From Tubiluchus corallicola (Eukaryota; Animalia; Priapulida): a stretch of DNA of 64,000 bases. A program made the translations under genes and the position numbers. Position 1 is the stretch's first letter; each line of letters begins with the position of its first letter. The DNA lies in assembly GCA_030141605.1 (NCBI GenBank), contig JAQGDQ010000118.1, positions 1-64,000 of the forward strand, written 5' to 3'. A model generated the notes under the pieces. The model searched no databases. It saw nothing but the letters and a program-made list of their open reading frames with translations, and was not told the DNA's origin. Shown piece by piece: positions 13,198-28,100 of this stretch.

Positions 13198-16100
13198 ATG
13201 GATGAGTCATCATTGGCATTGCTTGAAACTGGAACCGAGGAAGAAGTTGGTAAAATATTGAAAGATTTTAACTGCAAGGTAGGGCCATAATAAAATTTGT
13301 GAAATTTGCGTGTATTTGTAACTGGGCGGCATGTTTTCGTTTATTTATTTCGTGAATCAGAATGGGTTAATGTGGCCAGCGGTATACCACAGGCAAGTGT
13401 CCTTGGACCTATTTTATTTACTATTTACATAAATGATTTTCCTGAAGTTTTCAACTGCGGTAATACTAGCCTGTTTGCAGACTACACTAAAATATATGGA
13501 AAAGCATGTATGTGGATGATTTTGAGGTCATGCAGAATAATATTAACTATGCTGACCAATGACGTCGCCAACGGCAAATGGAATTTAACACCAAAAAGTG
13601 TAAGCTGACTATTGGAAGGCATGATATTGTAGGTCGCATATATAAAATGACACATGGGCAAAGTTCTAGAGAAATTGTAAGCGTCACAAAAGAAAATGAT
13701 CTTGGTGTCACCATTTACAGAATGCTTAAGTTTCAAACACATATAAGTAACGTTGTTATAAAGCACATGGAAGACTGACCTTGATCAAGCATAGCTTTTC
13801 TTATCTTGATGGATCTATGATGACCAAGCTATACAAGTCAATGGTTCATTGATTGGATTATGGTGATGTGACATGGAGCCTAAGTCATCAAGACATGATA
13901 AGGAAAATTGAAAGTATACAATGTCGAGCTACTAGATTCGTACCTGCTGTATCTCATTTACCATATGCTGCAAGACCTAAGAGCCTAGGCCTTACAACTC
14001 TGAAGTATAGACGCAAAAGACACGGCTTAATTCAAACGTTTCGTACCCTTAAAGGGCGAATATCACCAAAATTAAGTTGAGCTTGAACAACTCTCGATTA
14101 TATTGCGAATACAAGTATGTACCTCCTTCTTCACGGAAATTTCATGTTTAAGAATCCTTGGCATAACTTTGGATAAAATTGTACACAAAATGAACATTTG
14201 ACTAGGCCGCCATTGAGCATGGATCTGCGCCTGCGCCTCTGGTGGCGAAAGTTGAAAATTGCTGTATTACAAATGAAACTTGGCAAGATGCTCAAGGGGA
14301 GAAGTCAAGTTGTTTACATTGACAAGCAGTCAGCATACAGTACTTTTACGCAGTTTATACCTAGTGATGGTAAAGATTAGCTTATTGTGGATTGAATGCG
14401 TTTGCTCGGTTTCGGTCATCGTGATCGTTTTTCTTTAAAGACAGTCATGGAATGTGTTACACTAGATTCAACAATTAGACGGGATGCAGCAGTCAGACGG
14501 AAAGTGTCGGAATACGAAGCCAAAATACAAAAATTTTTAGTTTCCAACAAAAAATTATTGATGCAATGAAAGCACAATCTAAAAAAGCTGCATTCACTTC
14601 TACAAACTGTTTGATAATTTCTCGGTTGTTTGCTTTGAACCGTGAGTTTAGAACATGATGAACTCTAGTGTTAAAAATATAGTGCTTACATTTCGGACAA
14701 AATTTAGTCAGATGCAGTTTTTTGTAGAATCTTTTTTAATTTGTTTCATTTTAAGCCCAAATGCATAGTTTATCGATGCAGTTTAGTCATCTTGAGATTT
14801 CTATCCATTTCAATAAAAATATCACAATTACATTACGTAATGCAATTTTTTGCGCTAAAATTTTATTTATGATGCTTCTTCTTCCTGAATTTTGAATATT
14901 AACTAAAGAAAAAACATTGTAAGTCATAAATTGGTAAGGCAACTATAAAATAAGTTTAACTTGATATTCCCCCTTTAAAGGTACAAAAACCATCAATAGC
15001 GAAATATTTTTCCATCGACAGACATATCATGGTACAAGAGGTCACTCCTATAAAATTAAGAAAATAACAGTTCCTTAAAGATGGAGTAGAAGGAGGTTTA
15101 CATTTGCAAGGCAAGTAATTAATGAATGGAACATGCTGCCTGACACTGTAGTTCAAGCCTCTAATCCTGCCCAGTTTAAGATTCACCTCGGCAGACAAGG
15201 GAAATGCAATCCAGAAAAATATACAGATCCCAGATTGCCTAAATGGCAACAGGAAATCTTGTGCCACACTTCATATCGCAATGTGGCCACCTATTTTTTC
15301 ATTTTTATTTTTAATAAAGTAAACAAGTAACAGTGGAGAGGTCCAATAGTTGTTTTGCTTAATCTCTATCCTTCGACGGTAACGGTTACGATACCAGAAG
15401 TGATAACGAGGTGGCACAGGTACATTACAAGAATTATACAAAAAAATACGTATCGATTTTGGCAGCCACTCTAAAGTAATGTACTTATTTTCAATAAGGT
15501 TTCTGATTGCCTAGTGCAGGCAGGCAAACAATTTCGTAAAAATTTACAGTGCTTATACACGATTTTTCAACTGTCACATATGTAGCCTACACATTGTAGT
15601 TTCGTTTTTTTCTTCCTAATTGTATCTATATAGTGTATACTAATTCTTCTGTTAGCCCATAACTTAATACAAACTTTAGTCTATGGAGTTTGTTTATCTA
15701 TTCATTTATCTATCTGTCTATTCCTAAGTTTACATACGTTGTTTATCTATTCAATTATTTATCTGTCTATTCAAATTTCTACATATGTATACAATGCATA
15801 AAAACCAGTTACAATTTTACTCTGTATACAATAGATATTAGGAACTACAGAGGCTAATTTAGCCAAGGTTGTTACTAAAAACGTGAATCCGATACCGAAT
15901 CGACACTGAGCCAAAATAAATAATGAAATCCGAAATGCCTGTTAAAAACTTGTTCTATTAAGAAATGCGAAATTAGATTGTATTAAGAAAATTGTACACT
16001 TAGCCATTTTAATAATTGTACTACATGACATGCGTCAAAGCAAATTAGTATAGTAATACAAATTAAGTTATCCTGTATTCAAACTGATGAACTTAATTTT

Positions 16101-19100
16101 ATAATTGTACTGTAGCTTGTAACTTCTATACTTTTAATAGCTGTAACAAAATGTATACTATTCGCAATCTTCACAATCAAAAATTTTTTGATCGGATGGC
16201 TGTGATGGCTGCTGTATCTGTAAATTATACAATGTGCGCAGTAGTGTTTGCATCGGGTACTAGAGTAATTACCCGCATTGTTTATTACCCTAATATTTCT
16301 ACCCAGTTCCAACAGTGAAGATGCAGACGTTATTTGTAATACAGAATCCACTGTTAGAGAATTTCAAATTTAATTGCCGCCTTTTGCACCCTACTTACAT
16401 TAATTGTGTTCTACATATACTGCTACAGTAGATACCTGCTAGCAGACTATTAACAACCAGCAGAGAGGTGGCAGATCAAACCACTTTTGCCATATCTAGA
16501 CTTACTAAAAACAAGCTATGATTTCTTTACCAAGAGGTAAATTATCCAAAGGATATTGTTTATTAACTTTTAAAAATGTATTTCAGGTACTAACAAAGAT
16601 ACGAATAAACGGATTGTTAAATTGAACAGCACACACAAAGAATAATATAGAAATTTTATTTCCCTAATTCTTATGCTGTGTATTAATAGTGCTCAGCATG
16701 GTACTTAGGCTGTCATTGCTGACTCATTGATAATGCTTTCAGTTAATTAATTAAGAACTGGCAGATAAAAACTCTGTCAAATGCCTTGTGTGAGAAAACA
16801 CTAACTTTTGCAACTGATAAGTGTTCAGGCCCTCGGTGTATAATAACTGAATACTTGTCCTTAAAATATGCAGTTAGTTTAAATGCACCAGTGGTTGTTT
16901 TGATTTGTGAATATAATGATGAATATAATGTGAATATAAATGATTACTCCTCACTGCTGCTGAAACTTAACATTTGGGTACCAAACTGGTATAAGGAAAA
17001 TGGTACTAGTCGGATTTTTGCCACTCATGATTTGCTATGGGTATACCGAAGTTACTTAGTTAGTGATTGTTGTATTCGGCAAAAATTATATTAAACAAAC
17101 CAAATATTTCCCTCTAATGCTTATAAACAGTTACCTGAAAAATGCTAATAGCCAACATTTTGCTTTCTGTTTCTGTATGATAATTCGAAGAATACGATGC
17201 ACCGTTGGTACACAAGTCGTGTCAATGCGCAATATCATAGCGATGATGTATTATACACAATGAAATGAATCTATGAGAAATCGAGCTAGTAAACAATTAT
17301 AGTATTGAAATTTTGCTTAAATACCACTTTTATTGATTGAACAGTTTTGGAAGAATTAGGGCAGCTTTGAAAATATTTTACTAGTACATAACCATCAAAT
17401 AAAAACACAAAACAATTTTTCACAGGTCACCAATCACCACTAACTTAAAATGATAAAACACCACAGAGTTTGTATTTCTTTTAGTTGGAGTTACACTTCT
17501 GAACGCTGGGTATAAATTGTTTACACTGGATAACATCAGCAAAACAACATTTTCCATTTGAGCTAAGCTTATATTGATTCAGTCTGACTTAAATATGATC
17601 CAATCTGATTCAATTATCACTTTGACCAGTTTCCATAACACCTATACAATAATATTGAAACTTCATTTATAAGCAAAAAAGTTTACATACATAAAATTGC
17701 AATGATATGACTCTGCTTCAATGAGTACACTGTATTCAATGTCATTCTACAGTCAAAGTTCTTGGTTAGGATAATTAAAGGACAAGACCAGAGAATCTTC
17801 ACCTGCAGCTCCAAGAAACTTTAAACTTTGCATTTTATATTTGTGAATTCACCCTACACAGATTTTTTGTTTTAAGTAGTGTTTAGTAAACCTTGACAGT
17901 TTAAACTCCTGCACTAATCTAGGCCTACTGGTTGATTTTTCCTGTAGTCATGTCAAAATAATATTCACAAGGAAACTTAAAAACAAAAGAATATGAGAAT
18001 ATGCATAATGGGATACTAAAAGTATCTATAAAGGTATATAGGTGCTGCATGCCAAAGTTATATAACTGCTGCCTGCAAACATAGCACACACAGAACAATC
18101 AATAAAATTGTCTGCATTGCACATACACTTATGTGGGCTCATCATGCAAAGCAGGCGATATTTATTGTGGTTTCTGTGTGCTTTTATAGGTGGTCTTTAC
18201 TCGTTATAGTTTTCTTTTTTCCTAAAAGATCTGTAAAAATTTGTTACCTTAAATAATGTGCATAGTTTTAAAAATAAGATAGTGCTTTTCTGAGACTTGC
18301 CGTGCTCATAATAATAAAGAAGTCAAAGTGCCCCCTTAAGTCTCATTTTTTTTATTTTGTGCAGGAGCTTACGTCCTTCACATACTTCATCAGCTGAAAT
18401 CAAATTGTATGGCGTGTGTCTTTCAAGATCCAGGCTTTCATTTGATTTCAGTTGATGAAGTCTGTGGAGGACGTAAGCTCCTGCGAAAATAAAAAAAATG
18501 AGACTTAAGGGGCACATTACTTCTTTATTATAATGTACGTAGTTTTCTCTCATTGAAAACGTTATTGCTGGATTATTTTGATTCTATTTTTGTTAGACTG
18601 TCAATAGGTGCTGTTATTTATTAACCGTTTTTTTCATCAGCATAAGTTTAATATTTTAACAATTAATGGATGAGGTTTCTTTATTCCAAGCTTCTTTCAT
18701 TATTGCCTCGCCTGGCTGAGCAGAAATATTCACTTTAATTATCGCATTTCATCAGCGAAGATTAGCTTCTGTATCGGGTTCTTACACCGCTAACTGTAAT
18801 TACTGTATTACCTGTGCTAGAAAGTAGCCGTTGTATGGATTTTTATTTCTCATTAAAGGCAACTAATTGATATTGGCTAAGATGCTGTAATCTTGTGCAC
18901 AAATTAAACATGAGCGATTGCACGATGCCATTATTGCTTTATTGCTTCACTCATGGACTAAATGTTAAAAGTCAGACGTGTAACTAGGCTTTATAGATGT
19001 GGACAGATGTTGTATGTGCATCTTATGTGCTTTTTTAGATGCATATGCAGAAAGAGTGGAGAAAGACTATTATATAAAGATGACAGAAATTTACTTTCAT

Positions 19101-22100
19101 TTATTTAAGAAGCAAAATTAGCAGTACGCTGCAGGCTGGTATCTAGCACTCAATAATAGAACTTACTTAAAGTAGACGAATGTGGCTGCGTTGTAAGAGG
19201 AAATAAACAAACTTGGTATCTTTGGCTATGTTTGGATGCGCTTACACATCCTCATTGAGATAAGTAATCACCCGAGTTTCACAAATGAAACTGTCGTAAA
19301 CCAGCGTTCCTGGCATTCTTCTATTTCCTGACCAGGCTCAGTACTGCTTAATTTTGATCGCTAATGGCACATGTCTGTGACGAAATACTCAGCTAAGCTG
19401 ATTGTGAGCTAGATAGAAAGTTTACCTAATAAATTACATGAACTACTTAATTTTGTTTTGCTAAAAAATTAAGTAAAGTGGCTGATCTGTAAGTAAACTG
19501 TTATACGATTAAAATTTACATGTTTGCAGCATCCTGTGTCAAATTTTGCACAGTGCTGCTTTTTAAACTGCAATTAAATGACCCTGGTGTTTAAAGGGTT
19601 AATTTATGAGATATTTTGTCTGAATTGTAAGCTTGCCCGCAGGTCTCCTAACTTCTTTGTGGTGGCAGCGTGGCCTGTAAGCTTGTGTTGCTGAAACGCC
19701 AGTCAGGCAAATCAATACACAAACTGTTGCCATGGAAACCAATTCAGCAACATACTGCTAAATTTGGAAAAAGAAATATTAAATTAAGATCAATCAGCCT
19801 TCCCTATCCCGTGCCCGATTTAGGTCTGAAACATCTGAATTCCCAAGCAAATCATTGATAATAATTATAGGATTTCAAATTGAGTGTTTGAAATGATAAT
19901 GTAGAGTTTTTAGTGAACTCTCTTCTGCTAATGAAGAGTTTCAGTCAAGTTTTTTGGTCTATTATGAATTGTTCAAACTTTATCTCAATTTTTTCAACTT
20001 TTTTACAGGCTTAACAAAATTATATATTGTTAAAGGGAAGAAAATGGGCTTTTACGGTATATCTCAAAAAAACCTTTCACACAAAGTTATATCGCATAGC
20101 ATTACACTTACTTGCTTGAAATATCGTATGTAACTGGTGGAGAAAATTCTTAATGATTCAAAATGCTCGCACCATCTGGTAAAATGGCACAGTGTCACCA
20201 TCCCAGTGTGTATCATTTACTCGCACATTATTGATCGTATTGGCAATACAAAGTAATTTAAGCTTTTGCCTAGTTATGCAAGGAGTGTGCTATGAATGCC
20301 CTGATTATTATATATATATTACATAAGCTTTACACAATGCTGTCTAAACTTGTTTTAAACTACTTATCGTCAAAATGGCTGCACCTAACGGTCATCACAA
20401 GAGTTTGAATTTTACAAATTTTATACAGCTCTGCTGCTAACACAAGCCCTGTATTCAATAAGACAGCATGTAAGTGGTATAAAATTTCAAGACGAAATTT
20501 TTAAGCTTTATGTATGAAGAGTGTTTTGTTGTGCTTAACATAACACAGCACGTTTTTGTAACAGTACAATTGTATTTTATAACTATTCGTCTAATAAATT
20601 TGTAAAATATGAATAATTTTCATGTAGATTGGGCACTATTGCAGCAGCAGAATGTTGTAATTAACCCGTGGTTTTTATTTTTCAGAATGCAAGAACGTTT
20701 GAATTCCCTGGATTTGATGTGGAAAAGAAAAAGGTGAGGGTGATACTAGTTAATAGTTAGAAATGGTCAGCAATTAATAGCTGTGTATGAGGTCAGTTGC
20801 AGATTGGCCTTTTCAGAAATATGACATCCCTGAAATCGCGTAGAAATCGGCATTGTTGAAAGATTTTGTGTTCGTTAGCCACAATCTTTTGTTTCAAATA
20901 GATAACACCATAGTTGCAAAACGACTGATTTGAAAAAAATTGCACCCTAGACCTAGGTAAGGTAATATCATAAACAGGCGAGTCTTGAAAATATAAGCCT
21001 GAGTTGTTTTGTCTAGATATAAATGGTTTTTTGCCACTTCACTGGTTAGGATTACATCATTGAACATACGTGTCATTGTGAATGCAATAGCAGAAGAGCT
21101 GTAGCGTGTTGAACGTGGCGGCAAATGTACCCATTCATCATTTTTATAACTCTTAGAGAAATGAAAAATGCCTTTACACTTCACTGATGTATTGTGCAAT
21201 GGGGTAGCATGTTAGGGAAAATGTTAGGAAAATAGATTAAGAAAATACAGATTGTCCCTTTTCAAGCTGCATGGCACTGTGAAGAAGTGTGTTTATTGAG
21301 TTTTTAATAAGGGAATTTTTAATTAATTAAAAAGAACTGAAAGAAGGTAATTAATTTGAACTGAAAGAGGTTACCCGGACCTTAGATTGTCTCATTGTAG
21401 CGTTGTTAAATATTTAAGCTTAAATAAAAGGGTAATATTTTTTATTGCATGCCCAGCGGGCAACTTTATCATTTTTTGTGTGTTCATACACTTACCTGAC
21501 GCAGTCATATAAAAGTGTATTTTTTAATTTAAAGCGTAAAATGAACTAATTATTATAACATCATTGTTTTGGCGAGAACACATCCTTGTATTTCTATGGC
21601 TAACTGTCGGCCAGTGTTGCCATTTTGTTTGATGCTGGTTGTCGTATTGGATGCTAAAATTATCGTGCTTTCTGCCAAATCAGCTTATTAGCGGCCGAGT
21701 AGTGTTGCCGCTTTACAATAATTATCAGAATATTCATACTATACAAAAAAGCTATACGATAATCGATAATTACACGATAATTTAGTAATGCGAAACAAAA
21801 AGCTAAAAAACAAAACGTGAAAAAATGAACATCGAAAAATTTTAAAACATTATTGCTCACCAGTTGGAAATAAACTTTGGTCTAAACTGATTTTAAACAT
21901 TCTACTATTCACCTTTAAAATTTGCAAAGCTTTTAAAAAAATTTCCTCCCTGCCCTAATGACATCTTTTGGTCTCATGAGGTAAGACAGAAACAATTTTT
22001 TGTGGCTGGCCTTGACTTACAGTACATGTAGATGCCAGCTTATCCTGTCAGTTTATTACATTTTCATTTGCTGTGTGATATTATTTTATGTCTATAATCA

Positions 22101-25100
22101 GAATTAGTTTACAGCTTTTTTAACAACTATGTTTTTTTCATTTTATTGTCACACTTAATTATTTGCTTTTAATGTGACAAAAGACTAATAAATGATTGAC
22201 AAATGCAAAACTAGTTAACTTACGAGACAAGTTTAGACTAGAAAAAAGGGAAAGAATTGGAAGATTGTCGATCTTAACAACATGTTGGTTGTCAGACACT
22301 TAAAATTCTGTGTTCATGATTAGTTCTCATTCTGGTTTGTCTACAATCTACATGCATTTTTAACATGTAGCAATATCATAAAAATAAATCTGTACAATAG
22401 TTAATTTGTTATTTATGGTGTTGTGGCAGTGAAATATTAAAGATTAATGCTTGTCTAATCTATATATTGTGCTAGCAGTTAATACTACAGTGTATACAGA
22501 TGCAATAGCTGAAATGCTGTTCATTCTAACTTTACCTGGTCGCGGGCGAGAACAGTGGTTTGTCGTAATGACTCTATGCTGATTTTTAGCCATGTTTGGT
22601 TGTCCTTGTTGAGTTTGTTCATGTGTCACCACCATTTGGTTTATCTCATTTTGCCAGAAAGTGATTTCCAACTCTCTGTAGTTCGAAATTAGTTATTTAT
22701 GAATTCTTATCAAATTATGGCAGTATCTTAAAAATTTGTTAGCAAGCAGTTTTTGCTAAAACTTTAGATTTTAGTATATAACTTAATATAATAACTTGTT
22801 CTTTTAGAATCTTGTTCACATCATATGCCAGAAGCTCTGCGATGACAACATGGTGGCTTGTTTCACCTGTTGTTTGGAAACATTACGAATTCTCAGCCGC
22901 GACAAGAATGGGCTGGAGATGATGACCTCTGGTGAGTGTCTGAAAACTTTGCAGAGGCACGCGGGATTAGACGCAGTTGATCGTCATCAAGGAGATGGCA
23001 GCAGTCGCTTAAGACTCGACAGTAAAGGTATGAACTGTAAAGATCGGTTTAAGAAAACTTGCATGGTTGTTTTTGTGATTAGTAACTGTAAAAATATAAG
23101 AAGGTAAAAAGATATAAGACAATATTAAACAAATTCATGCATCAAAATTAAATAACAGTGTAGTTTGTGGGCTTAGTTTTGTCAATAGGTCTCATTTATA
23201 TTTGACAAAGGTATGAATATTTCATCCCAGTTTTGCGTTTTAAAAATTAATGAGAAATAGGAAAATAAATGCAGAATATTGGGAGTGTCTTGTCACATAA
23301 TTGTTTTATGTGATCAAGATAAGCTCTTTTATTGCAAGGTCTTGCAACACTTAGTTAGCCAGCCATTTCTTACACACGTCTAAACAGTAAAGGTCATTAT
23401 TAAACCTGCTTCTATTTTAAAAATCCTTCATATGTGATTAGAAACTTTATATACATAAAACAGCATAAAGAAGCTATTCCTGATTACTTATTTCTTTTGT
23501 GACTAAATCTTTAGCAAAACGTTTATACTGTTCTGAAACATGATCATTTGCTATTAGTGTGCAGGATTCAAACATCTCTATACTGTTAAAATTTAAAATA
23601 TGCTTGAAAACTCGAAAATAGATAAGCTGATAATCCTGTTATTTGTGAAAAAGATTTGCTTATATTATCTTCTTGCTGGACAGTCAGAACACAACTGGTT
23701 AGGCCTTTTAAGGGTTCCATAAATGGTTGTTTTTCAATAACAAGTGCATTTGCAAAAAATGAACATTGAAACTGACTAATCTAGTGATAATGTTCCAAAA
23801 CTATATTTGCTATGTAGTGAAAATTTATTTGAGTTCTAACATGCTCAAATTTGAAAGTCTGCTTGTTACTGAGTTCGGAAATGAATTAATTTGAAAATGT
23901 TGGTTGTACCGATTCATAACTCACTGTGTTTAACTTACACCCGCTGATGTCTTATTGATCCGAACATTTTTCATCTTTTAGTTTTGCACATAAATTAACT
24001 TGAGTTTCTTCGTAATTAGTGTGAATAAATGTTCGTTTTGCCTGATGTTTGATCATAAATGACTTGGCAAACAATTTATGATGGTGTTTAGGATAGGCGT
24101 TGATAATGAGTACAGAGTTTTCTAATTCATAATCGTTGAATCGCTGTGAAATGATATCAGTGTTCACAAAGTTTTCTTTTTTTTCAGTAGTCATAGAAGC
24201 ACAAAAATGTTTATGTAATCTGGTCTTCAACAGCACAATTGCCCAGCGGTCATGTAGGTATGTAAATATTTTTCAACTACATGTAATAAATGTGCAATCT
24301 GAATCTGTATGATATGTGTACCTGTGTGTTATATCCAAGCTATATACTATACCTATTTGGATTAATTTGAATCCTTTTATAAAGAAAATTTGTTTTAGTT
24401 ACCCTACTTAAACTACAATACGGAACAAAAAAAGAAGTTCTGTTATTGTTTGATTAATGAAATGAAAGTTGAAGTTACAGTTTTGATGGTTTTGTTTTTA
24501 CAATTTGTGTAGACACAGAAATGTACCAAACAGTGAAACAGACCAGACGGTTTAGTCTAGTGGTAATGCGTCTGCTTTCCGTCTGGGAGGTCGTGAATTT
24601 GAACCAACGGCCGGGTCATACCAAAGACTTTAAAAATGGTACCTACTGTTGCCCTGCCTGGCGCATGGTATTTAGGGTAAAAGTGGGGTAATAATAGTCT
24701 CTGTTATGTAGTTGTAGGTTGTTATTTACAGTCGGCGATAATAGCTCTTTGAGCTAATTTTAATTGTTGACCCAAAAGCCGACTTTAAATAAAGAATTAT
24801 TATTATTATTACAGTAAGGTATTGTAGTTATTATAGTTGATTTGTCAAAAATGTTGCAAAGCAAAATATACATTTACTGTTCTGAAATTATTTATTTTTA
24901 TGGTGATGTATTACACTATTGTGAGATTACTGAAATTGTTATATGGAATTGTTTTTGTAGCTATAATGGATGTGTGGAAGGAATAGTACAGCGTTTAAAG
25001 ACATACAGGGATCCAGAATTACCACACGAAGTGAAGTTTTTTGACATGAGAATGTTATTCCTGCTAACTGCGTTAGTTGCTGATGTACGGTAAGTGCAGA

Positions 25101-28100
25101 AAACCTGTCATCGCTTTCTGTTATGTAGAAAACTGTATATTTGTGAAACTATGAAATAAGATGCTTAGCAACCTAAATTATTTATAGCAGTTGCTAGTTA
25201 CTGTTAGGTGGGCAGCATATTAGATCAATATTAACACAGAAGCAAAAGCTATCTTAACCTATTAATAGTTCTATATTATAAATTTTTAATTTGAGGTCAG
25301 TATTTTCCCATCAAATGATGCACATCTTTATCGTTTTTCATACCTTCAAGACACCTTCTTTTTTAGAATGTTTAAGTTACAGCAGTTTGGTTATTTGTTA
25401 GTTAAAATGTTTCATAAAATGTAATAAAGAAACTGTGATTAATGTTACTAATGAACTAAATTAAAACTCTACCTAAATTGTACGTGCTGCACATGCTGAA
25501 AGCATCAAAATATGACTTATCGTTTAGACGGATTCATGGATGGTAAAGTTTCATTCTTTCTTACAAAAAGCCAAAAAAAACATATATTTCGAAATCCATT
25601 ATGGGTTTCTTCATCTGTGTTATGTAGGTAATATGGCATAGTGCTGATGATGAAACCCGCAATGGATTTCGAAATATCTGTTTTTTGTAAGAAAGAAGAG
25701 AACTTTACCATCCATGAATCCATCCATTTTTGTTGTGTTGATGTTTTTAATAATGGATACCAAATCGTTTACAATCTTATGGCTTTATCTTTTACATTAA
25801 GAACTGATTGCAAACTAGTTTTACATGTTGTACCGAGTAACCAAGACTGCACTAATTAATGCTACGACGGTAAAGTAGTCTTCAAACAAATCAAACATTC
25901 TTGTTGGATAATGGCACATATTCTGAGTGAATTTTCCAATTCCTGGCTAAGAACAAGCATAGAGTGGGAGTGCGTTGTAGTGGATAATATCCCTTCACTA
26001 TTGAATAAGCCGCACATTCACGGCGTGAAAATCCATAATCTGCATTACTGGTGCTCTAACTCCTGACTCAGCTATTGACCTTGTTAATGAGACTACTTGG
26101 CCTAGTTGTAAGCTGCCTGTAGTAATATTTATTACTTTCATTTAGGCCGAAGCTAAGACAAGAGCTCCATGGGTTGACCTATCTAATGGAAGCGCTTGAC
26201 TTAATTATCAAGACGAGTAAAAATCATGACAGCGGGGATAACCGAGTAACCGATACTGACGTGCCATTAGCAGATAGCGAGGTGGATCTGGCGTGTGAAA
26301 TTCTCAAGGTTTTATTCAATTTGACCGTCCATGTGGATAAAACCAATTTAGACGAGGTATGCGATTTCACACTATATAATGAGAATTCTGTTTCTTCATT
26401 TGGCAAATGTCTGTGTGAAGTTGTGAATCGCATATTTTTATCTAAGTCTTTGGTATATTAATATGTCATGAATAAACATAAGTATCATGTGTTCAAAGAT
26501 ATTTTGTACTATTACTGTTCACATAAGTCTCATTATCTTTACTCTGTGAAGAAAAAATGCACGATTTTATAACATCTGCAACATTTCTTTTTTTGCAATG
26601 ATTGTCCTAAATATGACGACATCTCTCTAGGTTGTGACAAAAGGAAAAATAACTGTGAATGACGAAAAATCAAACAGCTGAGTACTGCAGAGTACCTGGC
26701 CTCTGTTGAGCACAGAATCCATTGTGTTTAAGAAATTAAACGAATAATTTAACTGATCATAATCATTAGTGAAGCATTTGACTTAATTCGCAGTCCAAAA
26801 TTTTACAGATAAGTGACATTTGTAGTTTGCAGTTTTTTTGCTAACATTGTACGAGATAGCTTGCCAGCATTTTGCGAAATCTGTTATTTCTCATTTGTTA
26901 TTTGGACCATAAATGTGCTGCAACCGACACCCATATCAAATTCTTTGCTGCTAGGAAATCTGATAAAGTGTAATACTGAAGGTAGCAATCTCCCAGCAAG
27001 CCATTTATTGATTGCTAGGGCATGTGTGTGTGTTTAGTCTAATGTTGTCTACAGAGTAAGTTAAACCACCTACAATGGCAAAATGGTATTGAGTGACATT
27101 GAGTTGGTGCAAGACGTTTCTCATACTGAAAAGATTTACGTCTCAGGTCGTTTCTGCTGATTCTGTTTAATATTACGAAAGCACTCAGTGCTTTTGTGTT
27201 GTTTGAATTAATATTTTAACATGTTTGGTTGGTTACCGTTTTTTAAACCACATGCTTGGCAGCTGTTGGAAGCGAGGCCAGTCGTGCTTCGTTCCTAGAA
27301 ACAATGACCTAATCCTAATGCTTGGCTGCAGGAGCATTATTGCCAATATACTGCACCAGTATGTCAACATACTCTTATCTGTAATGTGGAAGAGTAGTCG
27401 AGGGTAAGAGCTAACTTATGTAAGTGGCATCATATTGCAATGCGCTTTTAGATGTTTGGCTATAGTTAACATCTGTAGAACTCGATAAATAAGCATCTAC
27501 TGTCTCTTACTGTAATTTCGTTAAGAATTTTAGTTGAGACTTGAAAACTGCAACTTCGAAAAGAGTAAAACAAAAAATAAGGCTAACAGGGTAAATAGGT
27601 CTAACAATGACAGCTTTGACCACACTTTTATTTCTAAATTTCAATTGTATCAGTTTGATTGGAGACACAAAGCTTCCAAAACGATTAGTTATAAAAGAAA
27701 CGAAAGGGGGAAGAATAAAAATAATAAAAACCAGGGTAAATCAAGAAGATTCTACTGTAAAAAGAATTAGCCAGAAATAATAATAGCTAATTACAAGACA
27801 GAAGACAAATTGTCTGCAAGAAATGAACTGATGACGCAAGCTATCACTTTCTAAAACATCTTCACTATAAATTAATCCTATGTTACAGCTGAACAAAACA
27901 ATAACAAAAATAGATCATTTTAATCTTAATTATACTCTTACAGTAAAACAGACATCTGTGTAAAACACACAAGTGATGCATTGCAGAAGGTAATTTAACC
28001 AAATGAGTAATTCACAAAAAACAGACGGTGCAGAACTTTAAGTCATTCATTAATATTTCTCGGCACATCAGATTGAATTCGAAAAGACAAGTTTGTAAAA

